DNA of 64,000 nucleotides, from NCBI RefSeq assembly GCF_010672205.1, contig NZ_JAAHHD010000019.1, forward strand, positions 95,963 through 159,962, read 5' to 3'. The stretch is from Moorena sp. SIO3A5 (GTDB taxonomy: Bacteria > Cyanobacteriota > Cyanobacteriia > Cyanobacteriales > Coleofasciculaceae). A program made the translations under genes and the position numbers. The first letter of the stretch is position 1, and every line of letters begins with the position of its first letter. The notes beneath the pieces are model-generated. The model ran no database searches, was not told where the DNA came from, and saw only the letters and a program-made list of their open reading frames with translations. Positions 9,620-20,165 of this stretch are shown here, in pieces.

Positions 9620-9844
9620 GGGAGTCGGGAGCAGGAAAGTCCAATATAGCGTTTATGGGATGTATGAGGTACGCTTCTCAAGCTCAAAGTCCCTCTTTTA
9701 TAAGGGAAACGGGGGTACGCTTTGGGAACAGGGAACAGGGAGCACAGCTGATGGCTGACAGCTGACAGCTGACAGCTGAGGGCTAAATGCTTACCGGCAG
9801 TTGCTAAGATCAAACTCATCAGTCGGAAAAATTGAGGTCATCTC

Positions 9845-10723
9845 ATGTCACTTGCCAAACCCTCATTTAAAAAAGTTATTCTCCCTCATCCGGCTAAAGA
9901 AACCCTGCCCACCATGTATGATTTACCCAGTGAAGATCCCGAGGAGCCGGGTTTGCCTGACGAATTTCATCTTTGGCAACCACAACTGTGTAGTGAAACA
10001 TTTCGCCCTCCCAATTATGACAGCGAAAGGGTGTTTGTGGCCAGTGACTTAAATTTATATTATGACCCCAACCATACCGCTTGGTACAAACGACCGGATT
10101 GGTTTGCGGTAGTAGGGATTTCCCGATTCTACCAGGGACGAGAGCTCAGAATGAGTTATGTGATCTGGCAAGAAGAAGTCAGACCAATTGTGGCGATAGA
10201 GTTTCTCTCTGCCAGCACCAGAGATCAAGACCTTGGTTACAGTGAACGAACGGGAGAACCACCAACGAAATGGGAAGTGTACGAGCAGATTTTAGCAATT
10301 CCCTACTATATCACCTTTGAGCGAGTCACCAACGAATTAAAAATCTTTCACTTAGATGGCGGCAGCTATCAACCCCAAACAATAGATAATTCCCAATTTT
10401 GGATCCCTGAGTTGCAATTGGGTTTAGGGCTATGGCTTGGGGAATATCGGGGATTGAATCGGTTGTGGCTACGTTGGTATGATCAAGATGGAAATTGGAT
10501 TGCCACTAACGCAGAACGAACCGAACAAGAACGGCAACGAGCCGAACAAGAACGGCAACGAGCCGAACAAGAATACCAACGAGCTGAACAGGAACACCAA
10601 CGAGCTGAACAGGAACACCAACGAGCTGAACAAGAACGTCAACAGAAGGAACTGGCTCAACAACGAGCTCAACAACTAGCAGAACGGTTACGACAGATGG
10701 GTATTAATCCCGATGAAATTTAA
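9845..10723 (+). CDS. Uma2-family (DUF820, PD-(D/E)xK) endonuclease with C-terminal QRAEQE coiled-coil repeats
   Basis: The YDLPSEDPEEPGLPDEFH…PDWFAVVG…RMSYVIWQEEVRPIVAIEFLS motifs are typical of cyanobacterial Uma2 proteins. The C-terminal repeats (ERQRAEQE, six copies) come from an 18/24-nt DNA repeat at 10520..10640. Confidence 0.75.
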   Translation: MSLAKPSFKKVILPHPAKETLPTMYDLPSEDPEEPGLPDEFHLWQPQLCSETFRPPNYDSERVFVASDLNLYYDPNHTAWYKRPDWFAVVGISRFYQGRELRMSYVIWQEEVRPIVAIEFLSASTRDQDLGYSERTGEPPTKWEVYEQILAIPYYITFERVTNELKIFHLDGGSYQPQTIDNSQFWIPELQLGLGLWLGEYRGLNRLWLRWYDQDGNWIATNAERTEQERQRAEQERQRAEQEYQRAEQEHQRAEQEHQRAEQERQQKELAQQRAQQLAERLRQMGINPDEI

Positions 10724-10812
10724 CCCCTGTCTGAGTTTTTCTGTAAGCTATCAGCTATCAGCGTGTCGCGTATCAGCTATCAGCTAAAGGCTGACCACTG
10801 ACGGCTGACCGG

Positions 10813-11667
10813 TCAAGGATTATTGGGGATGTGATCGATTTGGGCATAGCCACTGAAAACTAGCTTTTTACCCTGGGTCTCTAGACGATTGATGCGCATA
10901 GTAACACCATCAAGGTTGAAGCGGTCTAGATCCACCATATTGTTCAAGATCTCATCCAGGGCTACTGTCAAAGTTTGAGATATTTCTTGTAACGACTCTG
11001 GTATTTCATTAGCTTGAAACTGGGAGTCTTTAAACAAAATCCGCCGTCGCCGCTCTACTCCGATGGTAGATGTCATACTAATCGGTACTATGCCGTAATT
11101 CGGTAGATCAGCCTTAGCAAATAACCGTAGACCATTGTTCGGTTGCAGCTGCACTTGCACCTCAGTAAAGGAAACCGGAGCACCACCAGATAGTGCGGTT
11201 AAGGCTGGTGTAGAAAGGTTTTCCAGCCGCTTTCTTACTAGTTGTGCTTTAAAGGATTGGTTGATGTCAGCTTCAGTAAGAATAACTTGAGCGATCGCTT
11301 GAGTAGGTTGTTTCAGAGAAATCTTACCCTGAAGCACTGAGCTGAAATCCAGAGAGACAGCATCGGTTTCAAAGGACATCTCCTCTGTCCGGAATTCCCG
11401 ACGAATCACTAAACCACGACCACTCATTTTGAAACTATCGATGCTACCTTGTAGCAACTTGCTAGAGGGATAGCAGCGCACAGACACATCTACCGATTCG
11501 CTTGTGGTAAACAGGTGGCGAATGGTCTTGCTGGCAACAGTATTGAGCAGCTGTTCACCCCAGTCAGTGCCAGAATTATTTGTACCGGTGAAGCCACCTA
11601 ACATAACCATCTTGCATCCTGCGAGAGTTACTTCTACATTTGTAACAAAATGTGAAGAACTCAGCAA
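10813..11667 (-). CDS. DUF2993 (LmeA-like) family protein
   Basis: 284-aa ORF with an N-terminal hydrophobic segment. It has the overall pattern of cyanobacterial DUF2993 proteins (…LTEADINQSF…, repeated beta-rich modules). The start may instead be the internal Met of MVMLGG. Confidence 0.5.
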   Translation of the reverse strand: MLSSSHFVTNVEVTLAGCKMVMLGGFTGTNNSGTDWGEQLLNTVASKTIRHLFTTSESVDVSVRCYPSSKLLQGSIDSFKMSGRGLVIRREFRTEEMSFETDAVSLDFSSVLQGKISLKQPTQAIAQVILTEADINQSFKAQLVRKRLENLSTPALTALSGGAPVSFTEVQVQLQPNNGLRLFAKADLPNYGIVPISMTSTIGVERRRRILFKDSQFQANEIPESLQEISQTLTVALDEILNNMVDLDRFNLDGVTMRINRLETQGKKLVFSGYAQIDHIPNNP

Positions 11668-12471
11668 TCGATCCTAGGGATTAAGGTTATTTGGTTATTC
11701 CCCATTGACATCCAGTGTAGCGTAAGTTAATCGGTTGTTCACCTTTAGTGTCCAGTGCAGGGTAGGTTATTTGGTTGGTTATCGGTTAATCAGCTGTAGT
11801 ATATCAAATGTAGTATCTCAAACTGGTTAGCTCCAGAGGTCTCGGTTGTAGGGCTTTAGTTGTAGACCTAAAGGGGTCAAAAGCCAGTCTCAACCTTTAT
11901 AGCATTTGTCATAGTTATCAAGTACATTCAATTTTCTTATCCAATCTTGATGGACTCGCTCATGGAGGGGAAGCCATCATGAAGGCGCTGGCTCCCCAAT
12001 GGCTGGGCTGCTCCCTACTCTCTACTCCCTGCTCCCTATTCCCTAACAACCAGAGCCTAAGTACCTGACCCAATTGAGAACTACTTTATAATCCTTCACC
12101 TAATTGTTTACTTTCGTAAAATGTAGCTTAATATAATTAAGGCTTTATAATACTTGTAAAAGTTAGTCAAGAACAAAAATTAACCTAAAGTTGCGGTCTG
12201 TAACGTAATTAATGGGATTTTTGGGATGAGTATCACCGATTCTCATTTACCGATTACCCCTTACTAAACTCAGTTACAGCAAAGACTCCAGGTCAATACA
12301 GCAACCAGAGCTTTTTTTGTTCTCCTACTTTGTAAGCACCCCGCTCGCCCATAGACGAGGCAATAACACCAATAGTTAATCCCACATCTCCGCCAGCGGG
12401 TAGGACCAACGGGCTAATCTTGCCCGAATAGCTAAAAAACTCGGTTAAAAACTTCTAGGTATACGATTATT

Positions 12472-12897
12472 ATGAGCGATAGCACTGTGAGCGATAGCAC
12501 TGTGAGCGATAGCACTGCAATCAATGAAAACACTACCGCAGTTCAGCTAGCAGAAGCTCCAGCACAGGAAACCTCTGCCCTGGATACACTTCCCCCTTTA
12601 CCTGGAAACCGTCCCATTGCTCCTAGTGAGCTTCATATTAGTGAAACACACAGCATAATGGGACATCGACCAATTGATGCCAGTAATCTCCAGGTATTAG
12701 AAACGATGTCTGTAATGGGAGAGCGCCCCATCACTTCTAGCAACATTGAGGTACTCGGTATCATGAAGGTGTCTGGGGAGAGACCAATTGCTGCTAGTAG
12801 TCTTCATCTTGACGAAATAGAGTACATCATGGGCAAGCGTCCCATCGCCCCAAATGATATTGATGCTGATCCACAGCTGATGGGTTATTTAGATTAA
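12472..12897 (+). CDS. Small repeat protein with five 'MG(E/H/K)RPI(A/D/T)xSxL' units
   Basis: 141 aa. It begins with a triple SDSTV repeat (a 15-nt DNA repeat), followed by five ~20-aa repeats, each containing (M/S)GxRPIxxS. Confidence 0.5.
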   Translation: MSDSTVSDSTVSDSTAINENTTAVQLAEAPAQETSALDTLPPLPGNRPIAPSELHISETHSIMGHRPIDASNLQVLETMSVMGERPITSSNIEVLGIMKVSGERPIAASSLHLDEIEYIMGKRPIAPNDIDADPQLMGYLD

Positions 12898-13031
12898 ATT
12901 CAATCACCTGTTGATTTAGCGTCCGCTCCCACAACTGTTTTTTCCACGAACCACCCCTGTTTCAAAACAGGGGAATTTTGTGATTAGCTATTACTCAAGC
13001 CATTAGTAATTAGTAACGTAAGCCATAGATT

Positions 13032-13082
13032 AACCTTAAACCTTAAACCTTAAACCTTAAACCTTAAACCTTCAACCTTCAA
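13032..13082. repeat. Heptanucleotide STR (ccttaaa)x7 overlapping the 3' end of the CDS
   Basis: Direct reading of the sequence. Confidence 0.9.
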
Positions 13083-14405
13083 CATATCAAGGTGTTCTAA
13101 AAAATACTGACGATATAAATTACAACAGAGTGTGACTTGATTTCTCTGAACACTCACCAAACCCATACTCTGTAACTTATAGATACTGATTGGATCTAGT
13201 TCAACTCCCCTATCTGCTATAACCACCTGTTTAAGAGTAGTAGCTAAATCAGGATTTGCCCTGAGTACACTCAAGTGTTGCCGCAAATAGTCACTATAAA
13301 TTCCCGTAGCAGTAGCTGCTTCAGCGAGTAATTGTTCTAGGCTAATGTTATGATAAGCCAAATGATAGAGAGCAAGCTGCACTAATCCCGGATGTCCTCC
13401 CACCATAGCCATCAGTTTCTCAGCAGCTTCACTATTTGACCAATGTAATCTATAAAGCTGCGCTAACTGCTGGATTTGCTGTTTGTTAAACTCGGGTAAC
13501 TTAATCGGTAATCCCACATTAAACGGAGATTGGGAAGTTTCCAGAGCAACATAAATTTCTGTCGAGTAAACCACAATCACCCGCAGCTTTCGCCACACCG
13601 GTAGTTGTTTAGCTTCCTCATGCCAAGAGCGCAATAAGGGCAAAAAATCTTTAGCAGTTTGGGCATGCTCAAACAGGTGATGAACTTGATCCATTGCCAA
13701 AACGAGGGGATGGTGTATTTTTTCTAGGATATGTTCTTGTAAGTAACTCATACAGCTGACCTTACTGCCTAGGTCTTTATCCCAATAGTCATCCAGTTGG
13801 TGGGGAAGCTGGAGTTGGTAACTGACGTTAACACATAACCAGCGCAATAGCCGGTCTAAATTACTTAAAATGGCGGTTTCGGCTTGGTCAAAATTGAGGT
13901 ATACTCTGTGATATTGTTTTTCTCTTGCCTGGTCTAATATTCGCAGCAGCAAAGAGGTTTTTCCTGTCTCTTTTGGTCCTGTAATCCGGAGCAAACTCCC
14001 AGGTTGCTGGATGGCTTGATAGCAAAGCTCTTCAATAGGAGGACGCTTTATATAAAGCTGAGATGGTAGGGGAAGTGCTCCACTGGGAAATTCAGCAATT
14101 TGACGTAGGCATTGACGGCGGTAATATTGCTCAATTATCTCTTGATAGTAGGGAGTAATCGGGGTTGTCTCCAGGGTGTTCCGGAAATTGGTCTTGGTGA
14201 TCGCTTTGCCAAAAATATCTCCCAGTAATCGCCACAACTTATAGGCAGTCTTTCTGAGGTATTCAGGACCATAGTGTGCTTCGATCGCCATATCGGTATA
14301 GGTTTTTCCTTCCCAGGCTTGGTGCAGTATCCATTCCTGAAGTGGAGTCAACTTGATTTTCTCAACACTTTTGAGGATGTCAAGTACCTGATCAATAGTC
14401 ATCAC
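13050..14405 (-). CDS. HTH (sigma-70 region-4/LuxR-like) plus AAA-like ATPase domain protein (AAA_35 type)
   Basis: The N-terminus (LTPLQEWILHQAWEGKTYTDMAIEAHYGPEYLRKTAYKLWRLL) is a helix-turn-helix. The P-loop is GPKETGKTSLLLRIL, and the architecture is the typical cyanobacterial AAA-like one. The last 9 codons are encoded by the heptamer STR at 13032..13082. Confidence 0.7.
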   Translation of the reverse strand: MMTIDQVLDILKSVEKIKLTPLQEWILHQAWEGKTYTDMAIEAHYGPEYLRKTAYKLWRLLGDIFGKAITKTNFRNTLETTPITPYYQEIIEQYYRRQCLRQIAEFPSGALPLPSQLYIKRPPIEELCYQAIQQPGSLLRITGPKETGKTSLLLRILDQAREKQYHRVYLNFDQAETAILSNLDRLLRWLCVNVSYQLQLPHQLDDYWDKDLGSKVSCMSYLQEHILEKIHHPLVLAMDQVHHLFEHAQTAKDFLPLLRSWHEEAKQLPVWRKLRVIVVYSTEIYVALETSQSPFNVGLPIKLPEFNKQQIQQLAQLYRLHWSNSEAAEKLMAMVGGHPGLVQLALYHLAYHNISLEQLLAEAATATGIYSDYLRQHLSVLRANPDLATTLKQVVIADRGVELDPISIYKLQSMGLVSVQRNQVTLCCNLYRQYFLEHLDMLKVEGLRFKV

Positions 14406-15059
14406 TAACAGTTCCCCAATATCTCAAACGACACTTTAGCGCTTTCTAACAAGGCAGACAATTAATTTAGGTTGATTCAGTGATTAAACTGGCTACACTT
14501 GCTAATTGACAAATACATACTATTATGTATAGTGCTGACATGCCTATCAAATGGTTGTCTTGGGATAGTTGACAAATAACTTATTTAAGGGGAATAATTC
14601 GGTTTTAGGTATATTCTAAGGGATTCGGGGTTAATTGAGTGGGTTAATCCGATAAATTTCCAGCAGACTGGGTCAATAGTGTAGCCAAATTTTAAAAGCA
14701 ATTGGCTACATTTTTGTGTTGACGGTAGAGGATACTATCGCCACAATGCTATATGTTGCTCCAACAAATAGAGCTTGTCTGCTAAATCCATAGGTTGAGA
14801 TAAGTCGGTTGCTATAAATAAAGGAAATATGTAGATTTTTTGTGGTTTACTGTTGATGTATTACTCTTAGTAATAAATGCTCAATGAATAATATTTTAGC
14901 GACTAATAGTTTATCTTTAATTACAGCTACAGCCACTGATTTACTTCAATAAATTAATAAGCAGGCAACCTTTTGGTGTGACTATCAAAACTATATAATA
15001 ATTAATTGCCGCCAGGCATTAATTTAACTAATTCAATATGATTTTGCAGATAATTTGGC

Positions 15060-16976
15060 ATGACAAACCCATTAATAATTATTTGTATTGATAATGATCC
15101 ATCAGTTCTCAATAGCCTAAAAACATCTCTAGGTAAGACTCTCGGCAAAGAACATCTGATTGAAAATTTTGAAGGGAGTAAAGGGGTTGTCAAGTTAGTC
15201 GAAGAGTTGCGCCATGATGAGTCTGAAGTTGCTTTAGTTTTGGCTGGTGCTGTTATCCCTGATCTAAAAGGGGATGACTTATTAAACATAGCTTATTTTT
15301 TCTCTAACCAAACTATCAAAATTATGCTGACGGATGATCTGGATTTGGAAGGGACAGCCAAGGCAATTCGGTATGCAAAGTTATATCGTTACCTAGGCAA
15401 GCCTTGTCCATCTGAAGACCTTAAATTGACAGTCATAGAAGCCATACATAGTTATCTTCTTGAGGAAACATTGAAGGCACAAAATCGCCAACTTCAGGAA
15501 CTCAATCAGCACTTGGAAAAAATAATCTGTGATCAAGCAGCACAGATTTCAGAATATACTACAGCACCAGAACAAGCTAATCAAGAGTGGCAGCACCTGA
15601 GTTCTATAAACCGTCAGCAAGCTGTCCTAGTTGACGAACTGCTAGAGAAGCAGTATCAATTGACCCAGTTCCTAGAAAGGATGCCTGTGGGTGTGGCTGT
15701 GTTTAATGATAAGGGGATACTAGAATTCCTCAATTATAAGGCGCGGCAGTTATTCGGAAAGGGAGTCGTGCCATTAACTACAGTTGAGCAAATGCCAGAG
15801 GTTTATCAACTTTATGTTGCCGGAACCAATCAGCTATACTTTGCTGAAAAATTAGTTGCTGTAAAGGCCTTAAAAGGTGAAAACTCCACCCTCGATGATA
15901 TTGAAATCCACCAAGAAGACAAAATTCTCCCTATAGAAAGTTGGGGAACACCTATCTTTAATGAATTGGGTAACATTGCCTATGCTATCGTTGCCTTTCA
16001 TGATATCACCCAACGCAAAAAAGCAGAAGCAGAACACCTACGCTTGATGCAGGAATTCTCGCAAGTTAATCAAGCTTATGAAAGCTTTGTTCCCCATCAG
16101 TTTCTCCAGTTATTGAACAAACCAAGCATTGTCGATGTTCAATTAGGGGATCATGTTCAGCAAGAGATGTCGGTGCTATTTTCCGATATTCGCTCCTTTA
16201 GCACCCTCTCGGAAAGTATGACACCTGAGGAAAATTTTGAATTTATCAATACCTATCTTTCTCGTATGGAATCTGTCATCACTGAAAATCATGGCTTTAT
16301 TGATAAATACATGGGGGATGGGATTATGGCTCTGTTTAACGAAAGTGCTAATCATGCGGTCAACGCCGGAATTGCTATGCTCACATCCCTAGCTGACTAT
16401 AATCAATCTCGGCGAAGCTCAGGACACCCAGCCATCACCGTTGGCATTGGCATCAATACTGGTTCCTTGATGTTAGGAACAGTGGGAGGAAAAAATCGGA
16501 TGGATAGCACTGTCATCAGCGATGGGGTTAATTTAGCGTCTCGTTTAGAAGAATTAACGAAACCTTATGGGGTGCCATTATTAATCACTCACCATACTTA
16601 TTGGAAGTTAGATAATCCCTTAGCTTATGCCATTCGCTTGATTGATCGGGTACCAGTGAAGGGCAAATCCGAAATGGTGACAGTTTATGAAATCTTTGAT
16701 GCCGATGAACCGCAATTGCGAGAGGGCAAGTTAATTACTCGCAGCAAATTTGAACAAGCCTTGGTGCTTTATAATCTGCGTTATTTCTCCAAGGCATCAG
16801 TTCTGTTTCAGGAATGTCTACGCTTGAATCCAGGAGATAGTGTAGCACAAATTTATCTTGGACAATGTCAACTTCATACTCGCCTCTCTGGAGTGACTAA
16901 AATCAAGCAACCATTAAAATCTAGTTTACAAAATTTTGATTATGATGTAATATACAAACCTAACAACAAACTGTAG
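15060..16976 (+). CDS. Response-regulator receiver, PAS, and class III adenylate/guanylate cyclase protein
   Basis: The N-terminal REC fold is IIICIDNDPSVL…LVLAG. PAS-like segments sit around VAVFNDKGILEFLN. The cyclase catalytic core is FSDIRSFSTLSE…YMGDGIMALFN…GINTGSLMLGTVGG, followed by a TPR-like tail. Confidence 0.85.
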   Translation: MTNPLIIICIDNDPSVLNSLKTSLGKTLGKEHLIENFEGSKGVVKLVEELRHDESEVALVLAGAVIPDLKGDDLLNIAYFFSNQTIKIMLTDDLDLEGTAKAIRYAKLYRYLGKPCPSEDLKLTVIEAIHSYLLEETLKAQNRQLQELNQHLEKIICDQAAQISEYTTAPEQANQEWQHLSSINRQQAVLVDELLEKQYQLTQFLERMPVGVAVFNDKGILEFLNYKARQLFGKGVVPLTTVEQMPEVYQLYVAGTNQLYFAEKLVAVKALKGENSTLDDIEIHQEDKILPIESWGTPIFNELGNIAYAIVAFHDITQRKKAEAEHLRLMQEFSQVNQAYESFVPHQFLQLLNKPSIVDVQLGDHVQQEMSVLFSDIRSFSTLSESMTPEENFEFINTYLSRMESVITENHGFIDKYMGDGIMALFNESANHAVNAGIAMLTSLADYNQSRRSSGHPAITVGIGINTGSLMLGTVGGKNRMDSTVISDGVNLASRLEELTKPYGVPLLITHHTYWKLDNPLAYAIRLIDRVPVKGKSEMVTVYEIFDADEPQLREGKLITRSKFEQALVLYNLRYFSKASVLFQECLRLNPGDSVAQIYLGQCQLHTRLSGVTKIKQPLKSSLQNFDYDVIYKPNNKL

Positions 16977-17115
16977 TCTTCGAGTCTGGGCTTCACTTTG
17001 ATTAAATCCAGATCAGGTAAGGCTTTTAGGTAAGCGCGATTGACCAAAGGTCACGCTACGCGAACGCTCTTTTTGTGACAAATGCGGCTAATACCGCAAT
17101 CAATTCCATCAGAAT

Positions 17116-17145
17116 CCCACGCTAAAAACGTAGTGTTAGCGTGGG
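17116..17145. terminator. Perfect 10-bp stem / 10-nt loop hairpin between convergent genes (possible bidirectional terminator)
   Basis: cccacgctaa-aaacgtagtg-ttagcgtggg. There is no clear U-tract. Confidence 0.35.
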
Positions 17146-17164
17146 AGAGTCACCTAACTTGGTA

Positions 17165-18277
17165 TCAATTTAAAGATTGACCGTTGGATGTTGAAGATGC
17201 CAATTTTTCCAATTGCTCCTGCTGGTCTTGGCTAATGCAAGCTTGAATCAATCCCTCCAAGTCCCCCTCCAGCAAAGGAGCGAGGGAATAATTTTGACCC
17301 AGTCGGTGATCGGTAACCCGATTATCTTTGTAGTTGTAGGTACGGATTTTCTCAGAACGAGCCCCTGTACCAACTTGGGCACGCCTCATCGAGGTCACCG
17401 CTTCTTGCTGTTCCTGTAACTTGATCTCGTACAGCTTAGCCCGGAGAATTTGCATAGCTCGCTCTCGGTTTTGCAGCTGAGATCGTTCTTCTGTACAGAA
17501 AATGCGAATTCCTGTAGGCTTGTGGTATAAATCAACTGCCGTTTCCACTTTGTTTACGTTCTGACCACCAGCACCACCCGAACGGGCTGTAGAAATTTCG
17601 ATCTCCTTGGGGTCAATCTCCACATCCACCTCATCAACTTCCGGCATCACGGCTACCGTTGCTGTTGAGGTGTGAACTCTACCGCCAGCCTCAGTTACAG
17701 GTACTCGTTGGACTCGATGAACCCCAGCTTCAAACTTCAGCTTGCTGTAAACTTGCTCTCCCTGAATTTCTAATATCGCCTCTTTGAAGCCTCCCATATC
17801 CGCCAGAGACTCACTCAATAACTTTACTCGCCAGTTTTGACTTTCGGAATAGCGTGAGTACATCCGTACCAAGTCCCCTGCCCAGATACTTGCTTCATCG
17901 CCACCAGTTCCTGCCCGAATCTCCAGCATGATATTCTTTTCATCATTTGGGTCTTTGGGCAAGAGTAATATTTTAAGTTCTCTTTCCAGATGCTCTACCT
18001 TGGTCTGGAGTTCCTCAACTTCCAGAGCTGCCATTTCTTGCATTTCTGGCTCACCAGTGGATTCTTTGAGGATTTGCCTTGCTCCTGCCAAATCCTCTTG
18101 GGTTTTCTTCCAGTTGTCGTAAGTAGCAACAACTTCTTCTAAGGAGGCACGAGCTTTTGCCACTCGTTGCAACTCATTGGGGTCAGTGGCGATATCTGGA
18201 TCAGCCAGACGCCTTGTTAATTCATGGTAGGTTTGCTCGACAGAGTTTAGTTTTTCCAGCAGGTAGGTTTCAGCCAT
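17165..18277 (-). CDS. prfA: Peptide chain release factor 1
   Basis: GGQ motif ([16 protein letters not shown]) and the RF1-specific PVT tripeptide ([13 protein letters not shown]). Confidence 0.9.
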   Translation of the reverse strand: MAETYLLEKLNSVEQTYHELTRRLADPDIATDPNELQRVAKARASLEEVVATYDNWKKTQEDLAGARQILKESTGEPEMQEMAALEVEELQTKVEHLERELKILLLPKDPNDEKNIMLEIRAGTGGDEASIWAGDLVRMYSRYSESQNWRVKLLSESLADMGGFKEAILEIQGEQVYSKLKFEAGVHRVQRVPVTEAGGRVHTSTATVAVMPEVDEVDVEIDPKEIEISTARSGGAGGQNVNKVETAVDLYHKPTGIRIFCTEERSQLQNRERAMQILRAKLYEIKLQEQQEAVTSMRRAQVGTGARSEKIRTYNYKDNRVTDHRLGQNYSLAPLLEGDLEGLIQACISQDQQEQLEKLASSTSNGQSLN

Positions 18278-18497
18278 GGTTTATGCGATCGCTCTCTTGA
18301 AATAGCCTAAGAAGTTAGGAAGGATGAAGTATAAATTTATGAATTATGAAGTGGGAACTATTAAGTGGGAAGTTTAAGTCCTAACTGTTTATCAAGTTTT
18401 TAGTCAACCTTAAGTTAGCCATCGCTAAACCCATTTCATGGTTCATTCCTCCTGGTTCATCTTTTATCCTTCATCCTTCACCCTTGAACTTCAGGAG

Positions 18498-18746
18498 CTA
18501 TTTCTTTGTCTCATCAGAGCTAGCTGTATTGTCTGCAGCATCCAGCATCCCATATTTCCGCATAAAGCGTTCAACTCGCCCTTCCGTATCAATAATTTTC
18601 TGGGTTCCTGTGTAGAAGGGATGATTACCAGACCAAACATCGACGTGAAGTTCTGGCTGAGTTGAGCCAACGGTCATAACAACTTCCCCGTTGCAATAGA
18701 CTTTAGCTTCTGGGTACCACTCTGGGTGAATATCTGGTTTTGGCAT
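18498..18746 (-). CDS. rpmE: 50S ribosomal protein L31
   Basis: MPKPDIHPEWYPEAKVYCNGEVVMTVGST…HPFYTG. Confidence 0.9.
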   Translation of the reverse strand: MPKPDIHPEWYPEAKVYCNGEVVMTVGSTQPELHVDVWSGNHPFYTGTQKIIDTEGRVERFMRKYGMLDAADNTASSDETKK

Positions 18747-19082
18747 AGTTCCTCCTTTGATTTCTATTTTACTATATATTTAGCTAATTTTTCATTCCTA
18801 TTTGTTAAATTATGGTAATGATATGCGCTAAGCACACCCTACTTGAGGTGCTATCAGCCCCTTAGCAGTCAGCTTTTCAATCCTGTCAAACTTAGGGATG
18901 TTGCTTAATGTTGCCCAGACATTAGCTATTGTGGACAACCCTTAATCAGCTAATTTATTAGCTTATTTATTATTGCTTTTAGCTAAAAGTTTATTCGGAA
19001 TGGCTGATAGCTGATAGCTAAGGTCTGAATGCTTACAAATTTTTAATTACCATGTTGAATTTTAAATTAGCCAGCTGATAAT

Positions 19083-19496
19083 TTATCGCTTCGAGTATTG
19101 GGGGGCTTTCCGAGCTTTTTTCAAGCCATATTTCTTACGCTCTTTTGACCGTGGGTCACGAGTCAAGTAGCCTTCTATTTTAAGAGGTTGGCGGTTTTCT
19201 GGGTCTAGTTCGCACAAGGCTCTAGCCACCCCTAGACGCACAGCATCAGATTGTCCCGTTAAGCCACCACCGTGGGCATTGACTAGGATATCGTACTCAT
19301 TTTCCAAACCTAAAGTTTCCAAAGGTGCTTTCAGGCTGGCTAGGTACATGGGGTTAAAGTTAAAGTAAGCGTCCCCTGGACGTTTATTAACAATCAACTG
19401 ACCGCTACCGGGAACCAAACGCACTCTAGCAACTGATGACTTACGACGACCAGTTCCCCAGTAAACAGCGCGACCTGCTTGTTCTTCTGCTTGCAT
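19083..19496 (-). CDS. rpsI: 30S ribosomal protein S9
   Basis: …[19 protein letters not shown]… with C-terminus [12 protein letters not shown]. Confidence 0.9.
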   Translation of the reverse strand: MQAEEQAGRAVYWGTGRRKSSVARVRLVPGSGQLIVNKRPGDAYFNFNPMYLASLKAPLETLGLENEYDILVNAHGGGLTGQSDAVRLGVARALCELDPENRQPLKIEGYLTRDPRSKERKKYGLKKARKAPQYSKR

Positions 19497-19501
19497 TAGT
19501 T

Positions 19502-19963
19502 TTAGCCTCCTGGAATTGTTTTAATAGTTAGTTCTTGGGGTTGTTGTGCTTCATGGGGATGGGTCTGACCAGTGTAAACTTTCAGCTTCTTGAAAAGTTG
19601 GCGACCCAGAGAGTTTTTAGGTAGCATACCCTTGACAGCTTTCTCGATAATTCTTTCGGGTATACGTGCTTGCAATTCGGCAAAGGTTTCTGTCTTCATA
19701 CCGCCAGGACGACCGGAATGGCGGCGGTATAGTTTTTGGTCTCGTTTTCTGCCAGTTACCATAACTTTTTCGGCATTGACAACAATCACGAAGTCACCAG
19801 TATCCATGTGGGGAGTGTAAGTAGGTTTGTTCTTCCCCCGCAGAATAATGGCTATTTCACTGGCTAGTCGTCCTAGACGCTGGTTGGTGGCGTCTACAAC
19901 GTACCACTTTTTTTCAATTGAGTCTTTAGTTGGTATGTGGGTTTTTTCCATCGGTTCAATCAA
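19502..19963 (-). CDS. rplM: 50S ribosomal protein L13
   Basis: [21 protein letters not shown]… The true start may be the internal Met at 19951. Confidence 0.9.
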   Translation of the reverse strand: MIEPMEKTHIPTKDSIEKKWYVVDATNQRLGRLASEIAIILRGKNKPTYTPHMDTGDFVIVVNAEKVMVTGRKRDQKLYRRHSGRPGGMKTETFAELQARIPERIIEKAVKGMLPKNSLGRQLFKKLKVYTGQTHPHEAQQPQELTIKTIPGG

Positions 19964-20165
19964 TATCAGGTTTACGGTTGGGTTGAAAGGTTGTCTCTTG
20001 TAGCTTGGCCTTAAGGCCCACGCTACACAGGTTGTTCTAGCCCAAGGAGCCCTTGTCGGTTAGTAGGTTGACAGATTAAATTGAATGTTACTTATCTCTA
20101 GAAGTAGCCTTCAGGCTTGTTACCTGTCACCTTCACCCCCTCTTCAATCTTGTTACGTGTAGTCT

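Noticed and set aside
9573-10052. Short ORFs 9573..9758, 9598..9819, 9801..10052
   Set aside because: They lie in the intergenic repeat region or overlap the Uma2 start. They are low-complexity with no support.
15002-15289. 95-aa minus-strand ORF overlapping the start of the receiver-cyclase gene
   Set aside because: It is antisense to a well-supported REC domain, and the composition is poor.
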